From contig CAMTVY010000005.1 of assembly GCA_947085325.1 (NCBI GenBank), positions 26,522-90,521 on the forward strand: a stretch of 64,000 bases of DNA, written 5' to 3'. The DNA comes from an uncultured Gammaproteobacteria bacterium. GTDB taxonomy: Bacteria > Pseudomonadota > Gammaproteobacteria > SURF-13. Within the stretch, counting starts at the first letter, position 1, and every line of letters starts with the position of its first letter. The position numbers were made by a program, and so were the translations under genes. Of this stretch, positions 43,840 through 56,079 are shown piece after piece. Under the pieces are notes generated by a model that did no database searches, was not told the DNA's origin, and saw nothing but the letters and a program-made list of their open reading frames with translations.

Positions 43840-44889
43840 TTACAGCACAGCGGCGGGTATCTGCATGGTCACGCAATGCAGGCTGCCATATTGATGGATG
43901 AGTGGCAGACAGGGTATCGCGATAATGCGGCGATCGGGGAAGCATAGCTGTAGCGCGGCCAGTGCCGCTGTATCTGCCGGGTCATCGTAGGTGGGGGCGA
44001 GCACGGCGCCATTGATGACAAGAAAGTTGGCATAGCTCGCAGGCAGGCGCATGCCATCTTCCCCATACTTTGCCTTGGGCCAGGGCAGGGCAACCAGTCG
44101 ATAGGGCGCGCCGGACACAGTTCGCAGCGCACGCAGTTCCTGCGCCATGGCGTTGAGCTCCGTGTAATGCTCGTCATCGGGATCATCGCAGGCCACGTAA
44201 CAGATCGTGTCCGTGGCGCAGAAGCGCGCCAGCGTGTCGATGTGGCTGTCGGTATCATCTCCGGCGAGATAGCCGTGCCGAAGCCACAGCACGCGGGTTA
44301 CGCCCAGCCACTCGTGCAAGCGCGACTCGATCTGGCGGCGGCTAAGCGCAGGGTTGCGCTGTGGCGACAACAGGCAGCGCTCGGTGGTGAGCAGACTGCC
44401 CGCACCGTCTACTTCTATGCTGCCCCCCTCCAACACGAAATCCAGTGAGGTGATGGGCGTGGCGCCGAAGGCGCCTTGGGCATGCAGTCGGCGGGTCAGG
44501 GTGTTGTCCAGGCTGGCGTCGAATTTCCCGCCCCAGCCATTGAAGGTGAAATCAAGCAGCTGCGGTGCGCCTTCTGCGATGAGCGTGAGGGGCCCGTGGT
44601 CGCGCACCCAGGTATCATTGGAGGGAGCGATATACAGGTCGATGTGGCCAGGGTCGATGCCGGCCTGGTGCAGCAGTGTTTGTATGTGTGTGCGATGCCC
44701 GGCGTCGTACGCGCTGATGATGAGGTGTTCGTGTTCAGCCGCAGCGTGTGCAATGGCAACAAACACCGGCTCGACTTGCTTAAGCCACGGACGCCAGTCG
44801 CTGTGGACATGCGGCCAGGTGAGCATGATCGCCTGTTGCGGTGACCATTCGGGGGGCAGGTGGGTGTTTGGATGGTTTTTATGTTGCAT
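43840..44889 (-). CDS. aguA: Agmatine deiminase family protein
   Basis: PPEW, WVRDHGP, EGGSIE.DG, DDTDSHID, GSLHCVTMQ. Confidence 0.92.
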   Translation of the reverse strand: MQHKNHPNTHLPPEWSPQQAIMLTWPHVHSDWRPWLKQVEPVFVAIAHAAAEHEHLIISAYDAGHRTHIQTLLHQAGIDPGHIDLYIAPSNDTWVRDHGPLTLIAEGAPQLLDFTFNGWGGKFDASLDNTLTRRLHAQGAFGATPITSLDFVLEGGSIEVDGAGSLLTTERCLLSPQRNPALSRRQIESRLHEWLGVTRVLWLRHGYLAGDDTDSHIDTLARFCATDTICYVACDDPDDEHYTELNAMAQELRALRTVSGAPYRLVALPWPKAKYGEDGMRLPASYANFLVINGAVLAPTYDDPADTAALAALQLCFPDRRIIAIPCLPLIHQYGSLHCVTMQIPAAVL

Positions 44890-45220
44890 ATTTAACTTTA
44901 ATATAGTTTCATATATTGTTGTTAGTAAGTGTATTTTTTATTACTAAAAAATTTTTATGAGGATCCGCTTCGTCGCTGATCCATTGTCTCATTTAGCGTG
45001 CACTACTTACACTGGGATATACAACGGTTCTTTTCCCGGTGATCCAGTGTATCTTCACGCTGAGCGACAGTTTCTGATTGCCCGATACATGGCTGGATTT
45101 TCCAGGGTTGTTTCAGATTGGGCGCGCCCAGTTTTATTGCGGGGCTCAAACAGCAGGGGTAGCCTGTCTCGGCACCCGCTGAGGCGCATTTTTTTTATGA
45201 ATATGTTTTAATGTAGTCTC

Positions 45221-46468
45221 ATGTTCAGGCCGCTGGAACTCTTCGTAGGACTGCGCTATACGCGCGCCAAGCGCCGTAATCACTTCATCTCGTTTATTTC
45301 ACTGACGTCTATCCTCGGTATCGCGCTGGGCGTCGCGGCACTGATCACCGTGCTTTCGGTAATGAATGGCTTCCAGCGTGAGATACGCGAGGGGATTCTG
45401 GGCATGACCGCGCATGCCACACTCACCGGTGTTGATGGCACGCTCAGCGACTGGCGCGTGCTGGAAAATCAGGTCTTGCAGCATCCGCGTATTCAGGGCA
45501 TGGCGCCCTATATCGAGGCGCAAGGCATGCTGACCAACGCGCAGGTGGTAAGTGGCGTGCTGATACGGGGCATCCTGCCGCAAGAAGAGCCCAAGGTCTC
45601 CTACATCGACCGGAAAATGGTGGCCGGGCAACTGGCCGATCTTGCGCCGGGGTCATTTGATATCGTGCTGGGGCAAGCACTGGCACGTTATCTGGGTGTG
45701 GAAGTAGGCGACAAGGTCACACTGGTGACGCCGCAGGCGATGGTGACGCCTGTGGGTGTATTGCCGCGCCTGAAGCGCTTCACGGTAATAGGCATATTTC
45801 ACGTCGGCAACAATGAATATGACGGTAACCTGGCCTTGGTGCACATGGAGGATGCTGCGCGCCTGTTCCAGATAGAAGGCAAAGTGACGGGTGTGCGCCT
45901 CAAGCTGGATGACCTGTTTTTGGCACCGACAGTGGTGCGTGACCTCATGCAGATATTGCCGGCGCAGTACATGGGCACAGACTGGACGCGTCAGCATGTC
46001 AGTTTTTTCCGGGCGGTAGCACTGGAAAAGCGCATCATGTTCATTATCCTCACGCTGATTGTCGCGGTCGCAGCATTCAATATTGTTTCTACCATGGTCA
46101 TGGTAGTCACTGACAAGCAGGCTGATATTGCGATTCTGCGTACACTCGGCGCCACACCGGCGAGCATACTTGCCATTTTCACGGTACAGGGGCTGGTAAT
46201 AGGGATCATGGGCACCCTGCTGGGCGCGGTAAGCGGAGTAGCGCTGGCGCTCAATGTCGAGACCCTGGTGCCGTGGATCGAGCATACCTTCGGTGTGCAA
46301 TTTCTGTCGGCGGAGGTGTATCTGATCAGCGAGGTGCCGTCTGACATGCACTGGAGCGATGTCATCAGCATCAGTGCGGTAGCCTTCGTGCTGAGCCTGC
46401 TCGCAACCCTCTATCCGGCGTGGCGGGCCGCCCGTTGCCAGCCAGCGGAGGCCCTGCGCTATGAGTAA
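45221..46468 (+). CDS. Lipoprotein-releasing ABC permease (LolC/E family)
   Basis: [38 protein letters not shown]. Confidence 0.96.
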   Translation: MFRPLELFVGLRYTRAKRRNHFISFISLTSILGIALGVAALITVLSVMNGFQREIREGILGMTAHATLTGVDGTLSDWRVLENQVLQHPRIQGMAPYIEAQGMLTNAQVVSGVLIRGILPQEEPKVSYIDRKMVAGQLADLAPGSFDIVLGQALARYLGVEVGDKVTLVTPQAMVTPVGVLPRLKRFTVIGIFHVGNNEYDGNLALVHMEDAARLFQIEGKVTGVRLKLDDLFLAPTVVRDLMQILPAQYMGTDWTRQHVSFFRAVALEKRIMFIILTLIVAVAAFNIVSTMVMVVTDKQADIAILRTLGATPASILAIFTVQGLVIGIMGTLLGAVSGVALALNVETLVPWIEHTFGVQFLSAEVYLISEVPSDMHWSDVISISAVAFVLSLLATLYPAWRAARCQPAEALRYE

Positions 46469-47150
46469 TACTCCGGTGTTGGAGTGCCGTGGGCTGGTGA
46501 AGACCTTTAGCGAGGGTGGTTTGTACACGGAGGTATTGAAAGGCGTGAATCTTTCCGTCGCGGCCGGCGAGAGTGTGGCCATCATAGGCACATCGGGCTC
46601 GGGTAAGAGTACGCTGTTGCATCTGCTGGGTGGCCTGGATGTGCCTACAGCGGGGGAGGTGTGGGTGCAGGGACGCAGCATGGCAGCATCCAGCGATGCC
46701 GAGCGCGGACGGTTGCGTAATCGCGCACTGGGCTTTGTGTACCAGTTCCATCACCTGTTGCCTGAATTTACTGCGCTGGAAAATGTGAGTATGCCGCTGT
46801 TGATCCGGGGTCTTGCGCCGCGTGAGGCGGAAACAAAGGCGCGTGCACTGCTGGAAAAGGTCGGACTGGCGATGCGCCTGGAGCACCGGCCAGGCGAGCT
46901 GTCCGGCGGCGAGCGCCAGCGGGCGGCTGTGGCGCGGGCGCTGGTAACCTCGCCACAGTGCGTACTGGCGGACGAGCCCACAGGCAATCTTGACCGGCGC
47001 AATGCCGGGCAGGTGTACGAACTGATGCTGGAGATCAATGCGGCATTGCACACCAGCCTTGTGGTGGTGACGCACGATCCGGCACTGGCTGCACGCATGC
47101 AGCGGGTGCTTACCCTGAGCGATGGCGTATTGCAGGATGTGGTACAGTAA
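46461..47150 (+). CDS. lolD: Lipoprotein-releasing ABC ATPase
   Basis: [36 protein letters not shown]. Confidence 0.97.
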   Translation: MSNTPVLECRGLVKTFSEGGLYTEVLKGVNLSVAAGESVAIIGTSGSGKSTLLHLLGGLDVPTAGEVWVQGRSMAASSDAERGRLRNRALGFVYQFHHLLPEFTALENVSMPLLIRGLAPREAETKARALLEKVGLAMRLEHRPGELSGGERQRAAVARALVTSPQCVLADEPTGNLDRRNAGQVYELMLEINAALHTSLVVVTHDPALAARMQRVLTLSDGVLQDVVQ

Positions 47151-47211
47151 CCATGCTCAGCATGGGGCTGGGCAGCGCGACGCAGATTGGACTCATGACA
47201 GGTAGACGGAC

Positions 47212-47835
47212 GTGTTAGAAATCATCAAGGCAGGCGGCTGGCTGATGTGGCCGATATTGTTGTGCTCTGCCGCTGCCACCGCCATCATTATCGAGCGTTT
47301 CTGGGCCTTGCAGACAAGGCATGTCGCACCGGATCAATTGCTGGCGCAAATCTGGCATTGGGCCAAAAGTAACCAGATCAACGCGGTCCAGATCGACAAT
47401 CTGCGCAAGAGTTCTCCGCTGGGCTGCATATTGGCTGCTGGCCTGGTCAATGTGCAGCACAGCCGTGAAGTCATGCGCGAGAGCATCGAGGAAACCGGGC
47501 GGCATGTGGTGCATGAGATGGAGCGCTTTCTGAATGCGCTCGGCACCATCGCATCAGTGACACCGCTGCTGGGTCTGCTGGGTACGGTTTTTGGCATGAT
47601 TGAGGTATTCAACTCCATCAATGTGCATGGTGTCGGCAATCCATCGGAAATGGCAGGCGGTATCGCCAAGGCGCTGATTACCACGGCGGCGGGCCTGTGC
47701 GTGGGCATCCCAAGCCTGATGTTTTACCGTTACTTTCGCGGGCGCATTGACCAGCTGGTGGTGACGATGGAGCAACAGGCCATCAAGATGGTGGAGGTGT
47801 TGCACGGCGACCGCGAGCATGAGGCGCGCCCATGA
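47212..47835 (+). CDS. MotA/TolQ/ExbB proton channel protein
   Basis: GGWLMWPI, LGTIA..PLLGLLGTV.GMI, ALITTAAGL. Confidence 0.94.
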   Translation: MLEIIKAGGWLMWPILLCSAAATAIIIERFWALQTRHVAPDQLLAQIWHWAKSNQINAVQIDNLRKSSPLGCILAAGLVNVQHSREVMRESIEETGRHVVHEMERFLNALGTIASVTPLLGLLGTVFGMIEVFNSINVHGVGNPSEMAGGIAKALITTAAGLCVGIPSLMFYRYFRGRIDQLVVTMEQQAIKMVEVLHGDREHEARP

Positions 47836-48257
47836 ACCTGCGCCGCACCAGCCGTGAGGAGCCGGAGCTGAATCTGATCCCGCTGATTGACGTAGTGTTC
47901 ATGCTGCTCATCTTCTTTATGGTGACCACAACATTCAATCGCGACTCCGGTATCAAGCTCACGCTGCCTGAGGCATCTGCCGAAGCCGATATCGAGCAGG
48001 AGCGGAAGCTGGAGATTGTGATCGACGCTGAAGGGCGTTATTACATTGATCAGCATCTGGTGGTGAATACAGCGCCGGAAACCCTGAAGCGCGCCTTGCA
48101 GCAGTCACTCGCACAGAACAAGGATGTACCGGTCATTATCAGCGCCGATGCCAAGACACCCCATCAGGCAGTCATTACCGTTATGGATGTCGCACGACAG
48201 CTTGGGTTGGTGAACTTCACCCTCGCCACACAGACTCCGGTAGCGGGACAGCCCTGA
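47832..48257 (+). CDS. ExbD/TolR family protein
   Basis: NLIPLIDVVFMLLIFFMVT, ISAD..TPHQ. Confidence 0.94.
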   Translation: MNLRRTSREEPELNLIPLIDVVFMLLIFFMVTTTFNRDSGIKLTLPEASAEADIEQERKLEIVIDAEGRYYIDQHLVVNTAPETLKRALQQSLAQNKDVPVIISADAKTPHQAVITVMDVARQLGLVNFTLATQTPVAGQP

Positions 48258-48271
48258 GCCAGCGTGCCCGC

Positions 48272-50062
48272 ATGACCCAGACGCAGACGAGCGCAACGGC
48301 CGTTTACCGGCGTCTGTTGCGTTATGCAACCCCCTACTGGAAGGCATTTTCAATCGCGACGCTGGCGATGGTGTTTTTTGCCGCGACCGAAACCAGCTTC
48401 GCGGCGCTCATCAAGCCACTCGCTGACGGCAGCTTTGTAGCCAAGGATCCGGATATTATCCGCATGATGCCGATCTGGCTGGTAGGCCTGTTTGTGATAC
48501 GCGGTATCGCATCGTTCGTCTCCAGCTATGGTCTTGCGTGGATGGGACGCAGGGTGGTAAATGACCTGCGTGACCGGATGTTCCGCCACCTGTTGCAGTT
48601 GCCAGCCGCCTTTTACGATAACCATTCCTCCGGCCAGTTGCTGTCCCGGTTGATCTACAACGTGGAGCAGGTCACCCAGGCCTCCACCAGCGCCATCACT
48701 GTGATCATAAAAGACACATTGACCGTGGTCGGGCTGGTCGGGTGGATGCTGTACCTCAATGTCATGCTGGCGCTGACATTTCTGCTGGCGGGCCCCTTCA
48801 TTGCCTTCATGGTGCTTTATATCAATCGACGATTCCGTCGTATCAGCACGCGCATCCAGGGGTCGATGGGTGATATCACGCATGTCTCCGAGGAGGCGAT
48901 CAAGGCGCACCGGGTGATCAAGGTGTTTGGAGTGCAGGCGTATGAGGCGAACCGCTTTGCGCGCACCAACGAAGCCAATCGTCATCTGAACATGAAGATG
49001 ACGGCGACCTCGGCTACCAGTACCGCACTGATCCAGCTGGTCACGGCGTGCGCGTTGGCGGGGATTGTCTATATTGCCACGCTGGATGATATGCTGGCGT
49101 CCATCAGCGTAGGTACATTCATGTCATTTGTGGCCGCCATGGTGCTCATGCTCGGGCCGATGAAGCGGATCACGACCATCAACGCCACGCTACAGCGCGG
49201 TATTGCAGCCGCAGACAGCATTTTCGGCTTTCTCGATAATACCGCCGAAGCAGATGACGGTACGCAGAGCATCGCGCGGGCGCAGGGCGCGGTGGAATAT
49301 CATCACGTTTCGTTCGGCTATGATGCGAGCAAGGGCAGTGTACTGAATGATGTCAGCTTCAAGGCAGAGCCGGGCCAGACCATTGCCCTGGTTGGGCGCT
49401 CCGGCAGCGGCAAGTCAACACTGGTAAGCCTGTTGCCGCGTTTATACAACGTCAGCAGCGGCAGCATCAGCATTGATGGTCATGACATACGTAGCCTGCA
49501 ACTCAGCAGTCTGCGTGACCAGATCGCACTGGTCAGCCAGGATGTAATCCTGTTCAACGATACGATCGCACACAATATCGCCTATGGCAGGCTCGATACC
49601 GCAAGCGAGAGCGAGATTGTCGAGGCCGCAGAGGCGGCCCATGCCATGGAGTTTATCCGCCAGTTGCCCCAGGGTCTGGATACCCTGGTGGGGGAAAATG
49701 GGGTATTACTTTCGGGGGGGCAGCGCCAGCGTCTGGCGATTGCACGCGCCCTGTTGAAGAATGCGCCGATACTGATTCTGGATGAAGCGACATCATCGCT
49801 GGATACCGAGTCGGAGCGCTACATCCAGGCGGCACTCGAGCGTCTGATGCGCACGCGTACCACGCTCGTGATTGCACACCGTCTTTCCACCATTGAAAGG
49901 GCCGATCTGATTATCGTTCTGCACGCCGGACGTATTGTCGAGCAGGGCAGGCACGGTGATTTGCTGGCGCGCAATGGCCACTATGCTGCGCTGCATAAGA
50001 TGCAGTTCCGCGATCCTGCGCCGGGGCACACACAGCAGGCCACTGCGCCACACTTGTCTTGA
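48272..50062 (+). CDS. msbA: Lipid A export ABC transporter
   Basis: TMD plus [23 protein letters not shown]; upstream of lpxK. Confidence 0.96.
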   Translation: MTQTQTSATAVYRRLLRYATPYWKAFSIATLAMVFFAATETSFAALIKPLADGSFVAKDPDIIRMMPIWLVGLFVIRGIASFVSSYGLAWMGRRVVNDLRDRMFRHLLQLPAAFYDNHSSGQLLSRLIYNVEQVTQASTSAITVIIKDTLTVVGLVGWMLYLNVMLALTFLLAGPFIAFMVLYINRRFRRISTRIQGSMGDITHVSEEAIKAHRVIKVFGVQAYEANRFARTNEANRHLNMKMTATSATSTALIQLVTACALAGIVYIATLDDMLASISVGTFMSFVAAMVLMLGPMKRITTINATLQRGIAAADSIFGFLDNTAEADDGTQSIARAQGAVEYHHVSFGYDASKGSVLNDVSFKAEPGQTIALVGRSGSGKSTLVSLLPRLYNVSSGSISIDGHDIRSLQLSSLRDQIALVSQDVILFNDTIAHNIAYGRLDTASESEIVEAAEAAHAMEFIRQLPQGLDTLVGENGVLLSGGQRQRLAIARALLKNAPILILDEATSSLDTESERYIQAALERLMRTRTTLVIAHRLSTIERADLIIVLHAGRIVEQGRHGDLLARNGHYAALHKMQFRDPAPGHTQQATAPHLS

Positions 50063-51054
50063 TGAAGCGCCTGGATTACTACTGGTACAGCAATAACCCT
50101 GTTGCAGTTCTGTTGCGGCCGCTTTCCTGGCTGTATGGGCTGGTAGCTGCGATGCGCCGAGGCTTATATCGTGCGGGGGTATTGCGGGCGACCAGGGTGG
50201 ATGTCCCTGTTATAGTGGTGGGTAACATCACGGTGGGGGGCACAGGCAAGACCCCGCTCGTCATCTGGCTGGCAGAGTATCTCCGGTCACGCGGCTGGAA
50301 GCCGGGCATCGTGAGCCGTGGCTACGGAGGCAAGGCACCGCACTATCCTCTGACAGTGCATGCGGATACGGATACCGGACTTGCGGGTGATGAGGCTGTG
50401 CTGCTCGCGCGCCGCAGTGCCTGCCCGGTGACGGTGGCGCCTTGCCGGCTTGATGCCGCGCGCCAGTTGGCCGCCCGCTGTGACATCGTGATCGCCGATG
50501 ATGGCTTGCAGCACTATGCACTGGCGCGCGATATCGAAATTGCCGTGGTTGACGGTATGCGCCGCTTCGGCAACAACCATTGCCTGCCTGCGGGTCCTCT
50601 GCGAGAACGCCCTGCGCGCTGGGAGACCGTTGATCTCAGGATATGTAATGGCGGCAGAGCGCAGGCAGGTGAGTTCAGCATGGCATTGCGACCGGGTGAA
50701 GCACGTAACCTGGTGGATAAAGAACGCAGGCGAACGATGGGGAGCTTCGCTGCCGAGACTGTGCATGCCGTTGCCGCCATCGGTAATCCCGCGCGTTTTT
50801 TTGAGCAGTTGCGGCTGTCGGGCTTGCAGGTCATCGAGCACGCCTTTCCGGATCACCACCGCTATACCGCACAGGATTTCAATTTCGATGACGGCCGCAG
50901 TGTGCTCATGACCGAGAAGGATGCGGTAAAATGCGGGCAGCTGGCAAAGCCGCACTATTGGTATGTGCCAGTCACGGCGGAACTTGATCCTGCCTTTGGC
51001 GCGAGATTATCCGAATTGCTGGAGGAGAGAACCTATGGATCCAAAGCTGCTTGA
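50062..51054 (+). CDS. lpxK: Tetraacyldisaccharide 4'-kinase
   Basis: [32 protein letters not shown]. Confidence 0.98.
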   Translation: MKRLDYYWYSNNPVAVLLRPLSWLYGLVAAMRRGLYRAGVLRATRVDVPVIVVGNITVGGTGKTPLVIWLAEYLRSRGWKPGIVSRGYGGKAPHYPLTVHADTDTGLAGDEAVLLARRSACPVTVAPCRLDAARQLAARCDIVIADDGLQHYALARDIEIAVVDGMRRFGNNHCLPAGPLRERPARWETVDLRICNGGRAQAGEFSMALRPGEARNLVDKERRRTMGSFAAETVHAVAAIGNPARFFEQLRLSGLQVIEHAFPDHHRYTAQDFNFDDGRSVLMTEKDAVKCGQLAKPHYWYVPVTAELDPAFGARLSELLEERTYGSKAA

Positions 51055-51214
51055 TATTCTGGTGTGCCCTGTGTGCAAGGGGACGTTGCTGTATGACAGG
51101 CCGGCTGCAGAGCTCATCTGCAAGTGGGATCGGCTGGCTTATCCGATACGTGACGACATCCCTGTGATGCTGGAGCAGGAGGCGCGCCGTCTGCAGAGCG
51201 AAGAGTTGGCGTGA
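51035..51214 (+). CDS. Trm112/YcaR family protein
   Basis: [27 protein letters not shown]. Confidence 0.95.
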   Translation: MDPKLLDILVCPVCKGTLLYDRPAAELICKWDRLAYPIRDDIPVMLEQEARRLQSEELA

Positions 51215-51978
51215 GCTTCGATGTGGTCATTCCGGCGCGCTACGCCTCCACCCGGTTGCCGGGCAAGCCGTTGCGCGCAATTGCCGGCAGGCCGATGCTG
51301 GAGCATGTCTATCGGCGTGCGCTGGAGAGCGGTGCAAATCGCGTCATAATCGCCACTGACGATGAGCGCATCGCGCAAGCCGCGCGCGGCTTCGATGCCG
51401 AGGTGTGTATGACCTCAACCCAGCATTGCTCAGGCACGGAGCGGATTGCCGAGGTGGTGGCCAGCCTGAATCTGGGCGACGACGAGATAGTGGTCAACGT
51501 GCAGGGTGACGAGCCGTTGATTCCACCGGCCATCATCCGTCAGGCTGCCCGGAATCTGGCAAACCATACCCAGGCTTCTGTCGCGACGTTGTGTGAGCTG
51601 ATTACCGAAGCCGATGATTTGTTTGATCCCAATGTATGCAAGGTGGTTGTGGACAGCCAGGGCTATGCGCTTTATTTTAGCCGGGCGCCCATACCCTGGC
51701 ACCGGCAGGCATTTGCCCAGGGCGGCCAGCAGCTCCCGGCGGATACCCAGCATTTCCGCCATATCGGGCTTTACGCTTACCGTGCCGGTTTTCTCAGGCA
51801 TTATGCGGGCTGGCCGGAGAGTGTGCTGGAGCGTACAGAGGCGCTGGAGCAGTTGCGCATCCTGTGGCAGGGTCACCGCATTCACGTAGACCTGGCACAG
51901 GAGACGCCGGGTCCCGGTGTGGACAGTGAGCAAGATATCGCGCGCGTGGAGCGCCTGCTGGCCTCAGCGGGAAAGTAG
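51211..51978 (+). CDS. kdsB: 3-deoxy-manno-octulosonate cytidylyltransferase
   Basis: [35 protein letters not shown]. Confidence 0.98.
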   Translation: MSFDVVIPARYASTRLPGKPLRAIAGRPMLEHVYRRALESGANRVIIATDDERIAQAARGFDAEVCMTSTQHCSGTERIAEVVASLNLGDDEIVVNVQGDEPLIPPAIIRQAARNLANHTQASVATLCELITEADDLFDPNVCKVVVDSQGYALYFSRAPIPWHRQAFAQGGQQLPADTQHFRHIGLYAYRAGFLRHYAGWPESVLERTEALEQLRILWQGHRIHVDLAQETPGPGVDSEQDIARVERLLASAGK

Positions 51979-52233
51979 TTGCAGGTTTACAAAGGCCGGA
52001 TTTAATTCGCCGGGCTCATCGCCCGCCAGCGGTACTATAAACGTGGGGGCGACACGGCGATGTGCCTCGCCGTGCTGGTCCGGCTGAATCACGGTGTGCT
52101 GTTCGCAGTCTTGCAGTACCAGTGCCGGGCCATCCTCCAGTATTTCGATGACCTGGCATTGAATGCCAGCATGGCGTACGCGCCGGCCGATGAAGGTGCG
52201 CAGTTGCTCAAGGCTGATGGCTGAGTGTGGCAT
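51964..52233 (-). CDS. Small hypothetical protein (89 aa)
   Basis: Fills the gap between kdsB and the phosphatase gene; protein-like sequence (CQVIEILEDGPALVL, IQPDQHGEAHRRV). Confidence 0.65.
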   Translation of the reverse strand: MPHSAISLEQLRTFIGRRVRHAGIQCQVIEILEDGPALVLQDCEQHTVIQPDQHGEAHRRVAPTFIVPLAGDEPGELNPAFVNLQLLSR

Positions 52234-52313
52234 GCGTATACAATACCCATGCGACAACCGGAAAGTCCAATTTTCGGGACGTGGTGTGGAGAGACAATGA
52301 GTCGATGGAGTAG

Positions 52314-52799
52314 ATGATGGTACGGGTGCTGTTTGTATGCATGGGCAACATCTGCCGTTCGCCGCTGGCGCACGGGTTTTTTGAGCAGTTGCTCGAGCAG
52401 GAAAGCCTGCAGGGTCAGGTGTCTGTGGACTCGGCCGGCACCCACAGCTACCACGTCGGTGATCCGCCCGACGAACGCGCCCAACGCAGTGCCTTGAGCC
52501 GTGGTTTTGATATCCGTGAGCAACGTGCGCGACGTGTGCAGGCATCCGATTTCGAGCATTTTGATTACGTGATTGCCATGGACGATGAAAACCGCGCCCA
52601 TCTTGAGAAGCTGTGTGCCGATGCGGCTCAGCGGCAGAAATTACGGTTGCTGCTGACATTTGCGCCGCACCTGAGTGAGCGCGAAGTACCCGATCCTTAC
52701 TATGGCGGGGCCAGCGGTTTTGAGCGGGTCATCGACCTGGTCGAGGAGGCCTCTTATGGCCTGCTCGAGGATATCCGCCAGCACCATCTGCAGCGCTGA
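52314..52799 (+). CDS. Low-molecular-weight protein-tyrosine phosphatase
   Basis: VCMGNICRS, DSAGT, VPDPYYG. Confidence 0.96.
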   Translation: MMVRVLFVCMGNICRSPLAHGFFEQLLEQESLQGQVSVDSAGTHSYHVGDPPDERAQRSALSRGFDIREQRARRVQASDFEHFDYVIAMDDENRAHLEKLCADAAQRQKLRLLLTFAPHLSEREVPDPYYGGASGFERVIDLVEEASYGLLEDIRQHHLQR

Positions 52800-53656
52800 T
52801 GCCAGAGTGGCAGGATACGGTTGCCACGATTGCCGGTAGTGCGCCGCGCTCCATAAGGCCTTTGACAGGCGGCTGTGTGGGCGAGGTGTACCACGTCACC
52901 TGTGCCGATGGCCGTGCCTGGGTGGCAAAAATAGATCGCTCCCCCAGTCCGCGTCTTGCCTGTGAAGGCCGGATGCTGTCCTATCTCGCCGCGCACACCA
53001 GCCTGCCGGTACCCGCGATCCTGCACAGTACCAACTCACTGTTGTTAATGGAGTACATCGAGGGTGACAGCCGTTTTCCGGCATCGGCGCAATCCCATGC
53101 GGCCGAGCTGTTGGCGACGCTGCACCGGCAGCAGGCACCGAAGGGTTTCGGTTTCGAGGAGGATACCCTGATAGGGGGATTGCATCAGCCGAACCCCTGG
53201 ACCGCGTCCTGGCTGGAGTTCTTCCGCGACCAGCGCCTGCTGTACATGGGCGGGGAGGCGGTATCTGCCGGGCGCATGCCGCAGGCATTATTGACCCGGC
53301 TGGAAAAATTCGCGGCGCGCCTGGATAACTGGCTGGAGGAGCCGATGCACTCCGCACTGATTCATGGCGACGTATGGACGACCAATGTGCTGGCCCGCAA
53401 CGGCCGCATCACAGGCTTTATCGATCCCGCCATTTACTACGCCCACCCGGAGATCGAGCTCGCCTTTACCACGCTGTTCGGGACGTTCGGCGAACACTTC
53501 TTCGGGCGTTATAACGAGCTTAACCCGATTGCCCCCGGCTTCATGGAGGTGAGGCGCGACATCTACAACCTGTATCCGCTACTGGTGCATGTACGCCTGT
53601 TCGGCGGGAGTTATGTGTCCTCCGTCGATGGCGTGCTGCGCCGCTTTGGCTGCTGA
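52799..53656 (+). CDS. Fructosamine kinase family protein
   Basis: GGC, FGF, LIHGDVW, IDPAIY..H.E.ELA. Confidence 0.92.
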   Translation: MPEWQDTVATIAGSAPRSIRPLTGGCVGEVYHVTCADGRAWVAKIDRSPSPRLACEGRMLSYLAAHTSLPVPAILHSTNSLLLMEYIEGDSRFPASAQSHAAELLATLHRQQAPKGFGFEEDTLIGGLHQPNPWTASWLEFFRDQRLLYMGGEAVSAGRMPQALLTRLEKFAARLDNWLEEPMHSALIHGDVWTTNVLARNGRITGFIDPAIYYAHPEIELAFTTLFGTFGEHFFGRYNELNPIAPGFMEVRRDIYNLYPLLVHVRLFGGSYVSSVDGVLRRFGC

Positions 53657-53670
53657 CGGCGCACCGCGCC

Positions 53671-56079
53671 TTAATCGGGCTTGTGCTCCGGTGTGGCGTG
53701 CACGTGCTCGCGCGGCTCAGCAGTCGCAGGCGCGGGGCTGTGATGGTGTAACCCCGGCAGCGGAAATGCCGGGCGCGAGCGTTCCAGGTCAGGGATAATC
53801 GTGGCCGGGAATGGCACCTGAACCGGCAACGGCACGCTGGCGGCAGGCCTGTGCTCAGGTTCGGCGGCGCGTGCGGGTGCTGCAGGCAGTTGTCCGGCAT
53901 CGAGCGGGGCCGACGGGGGTCGTTCGGCAGCAGGTTGCCCGGTTGCCGTGGCTTCGTCTGCGCCAGTGGCGGACTGTAGCGCAGATGCAGAAGCGCCGCC
54001 TTCCGGGCGTCTACGCCTTCCGCCGCGGCGGCCGCGGCGGCCGCTGCGCGGCCGTTCCGGTGTAGCCGCAGTTTCGCGTTCAACGCCTTCCATGACGGGC
54101 TGGGCAGCAGCATCACGCACCGGTGCGGTGTCTGCGACCTCTGGCGTGCGTGCGCCGGTTCTGTCCTGTGCGGGTTGTTGCTGGGGAGGCTGGGGCGCAG
54201 GGCGCGGGGTCTTTGCCGGCTGGGTGCGTTCGCGCTGCTCACGCTCACGTACCCGGCGGCCCTCATGCTGCTCCTGGCGCGCCTTGCTGCGTTCACGTCC
54301 GCGTCCCTTGTCGCGACCACGTGCAGCGGATCCGTTGGGGCGCTGTGCAGGTGTTGCTGCGGCCGCCGTTGGGGCGTCGCTACCCAGCAGTTTTTTCCAC
54401 AGACGGGCAAGCAGACCGGGGCCAGCCACCACGGTTTCGATGCTTTGCGCCACGGGCGCCGGCGGGGGTGACATGGGGGGCAGACCTTTGACAGCCGGCT
54501 CTTCCAGCGTAGGCCGCTGCAGGGTGCCCATTTTCTCGCTTGCAGGCTGGACAACCGTGGCCAGCTGGTAGCTGCTGGGCGCGTTGGCCTCATCGGCAGC
54601 AATGTCATCGGCACGCAAGCGCTGGATTTCGTACTGCGGCGTCTGCATCGATGCATTCGGAACCAGGATGACACTGATGTGATGGCGCTGCTCGATGCTG
54701 TGCACGGACTGGCGCTTCTCGTTCAAGAGGTAGGTCGCGACATTGACCGGTAATTGCGCAACGATGCGTGCGGTGTTCTCCTTGAGCGCCTCTTCTTCGA
54801 TGATGCGCAGTGTGGAGAGCGCGGCCGATTCGACGCTGCGGATGGTGCCCTGACCGCTGCACCGTGGGCACATCATCCGGGTAGACTCGCCCAGCGATGA
54901 GCGCAGGCGCTGACGTGACATTTCGAGCAGGCCAAAACGCGAAATGCGCCCGACCTGAACCCGCGCCCGATCCATTTTGAGTGCTTCTTCCAGACGCTCT
55001 TCCACCAGACGTTTGTTGCGCGGCGGCGTCATGTCGATGTAGTCGATCACGATGAGGCCGCCGAGATCGCGCAGCCGCAACTGGCAGGCGATTTCGTCCG
55101 CAGCTTCAAGATTGGTGTTAAGGGCCGTTTCTTCGATGTCGCTGCCACGGGTGGCGCGCGCCGAGTTGATGTCGATGGACACCAGGGCCTCGGTATGATC
55201 GATCACGATGGCGCCGCCCGAAGGCAGGCGTACTTCGCGCCGGAAGGCGGATTCGATCTGGCTTTCGATCTGGAACCGTGAAAACAGCGGCACATCGTCT
55301 TCGTAGAACTTGACCTTGACCAGGTTGTGCGGCATCACCTGCTGCATGAATTCGCGGGCCTCGTTGTAGACGGCCTCGTTATCAATCAGTATCTCGCTGA
55401 TGTCCTTGCGCAGGTAGTCGCGGATCGCGCGGATGACGAAGTTGCTTTCCTGATAGATCAGATAGGGCGCAGAGCGCGTACCGGTGGCCTCCTGGATGGA
55501 TTTCCAAAGGTGCAACAGGTAATCAAGATCCCACTGCAACTCTTCCGCGCTTTTGCCGACACCGGCGGTGCGTACAATGAGGCCCATGTCTTCCGGCAAG
55601 GTCAGGGAGTTGAGCGCGTCACGCATTTCGGCGCGGTCTTCACCTTCGATGCGCCGGGAGACCCCTCCGGCCCCGGGGTTGTTGGGCATGAGCACCAGGT
55701 AACGGCCCGCGAGGCTGATGAAGGAGGTAAGCGCCGCACCCTTGGTGCCGCGTTCCTCCTTTTCCACCTGCACCACAATTTCCTGTCCTTCCCGCAGCAT
55801 GTCCTTGATGCCGCTGCGTCCGGCGCCCGGATTGTAGCTGGGGAGAAAGTTCGAGCGGGCGATTTCGCGCAGCGGCAGAAAGCCGTGGCGCTCCGCGCCG
55901 TAGTCGATAAACGCGGCCTCCAGGCTGGCCTCTACGCGCGTGACCTTGCCCTTGTAAATATTGGATTTTTTCTGTTCCCGGCCGAAGGTTTCAATGGCCA
56001 GATCATACAGGCGCTGGCCTTCAACCAGCGCAACCCGCAACTCTTCCGGTTGAGTTGCGTTAAATAACATTCTTTTCAT
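53671..56079 (-). CDS. rne: Ribonuclease E
   Basis: [29 protein letters not shown] zinc link, membrane helix [11 protein letters not shown], Arg-rich tail. Confidence 0.98.
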   Translation of the reverse strand: MKRMLFNATQPEELRVALVEGQRLYDLAIETFGREQKKSNIYKGKVTRVEASLEAAFIDYGAERHGFLPLREIARSNFLPSYNPGAGRSGIKDMLREGQEIVVQVEKEERGTKGAALTSFISLAGRYLVLMPNNPGAGGVSRRIEGEDRAEMRDALNSLTLPEDMGLIVRTAGVGKSAEELQWDLDYLLHLWKSIQEATGTRSAPYLIYQESNFVIRAIRDYLRKDISEILIDNEAVYNEAREFMQQVMPHNLVKVKFYEDDVPLFSRFQIESQIESAFRREVRLPSGGAIVIDHTEALVSIDINSARATRGSDIEETALNTNLEAADEIACQLRLRDLGGLIVIDYIDMTPPRNKRLVEERLEEALKMDRARVQVGRISRFGLLEMSRQRLRSSLGESTRMMCPRCSGQGTIRSVESAALSTLRIIEEEALKENTARIVAQLPVNVATYLLNEKRQSVHSIEQRHHISVILVPNASMQTPQYEIQRLRADDIAADEANAPSSYQLATVVQPASEKMGTLQRPTLEEPAVKGLPPMSPPPAPVAQSIETVVAGPGLLARLWKKLLGSDAPTAAAATPAQRPNGSAARGRDKGRGRERSKARQEQHEGRRVREREQRERTQPAKTPRPAPQPPQQQPAQDRTGARTPEVADTAPVRDAAAQPVMEGVERETAATPERPRSGRRGRRGGRRRRPEGGASASALQSATGADEATATGQPAAERPPSAPLDAGQLPAAPARAAEPEHRPAASVPLPVQVPFPATIIPDLERSRPAFPLPGLHHHSPAPATAEPREHVHATPEHKPD

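Noticed and set aside
44890-45220. AT-rich gap with an 84-aa ORF between aguA and the lol operon
   Set aside because: No recognisable motif or repeat; consistent with a divergent promoter region.
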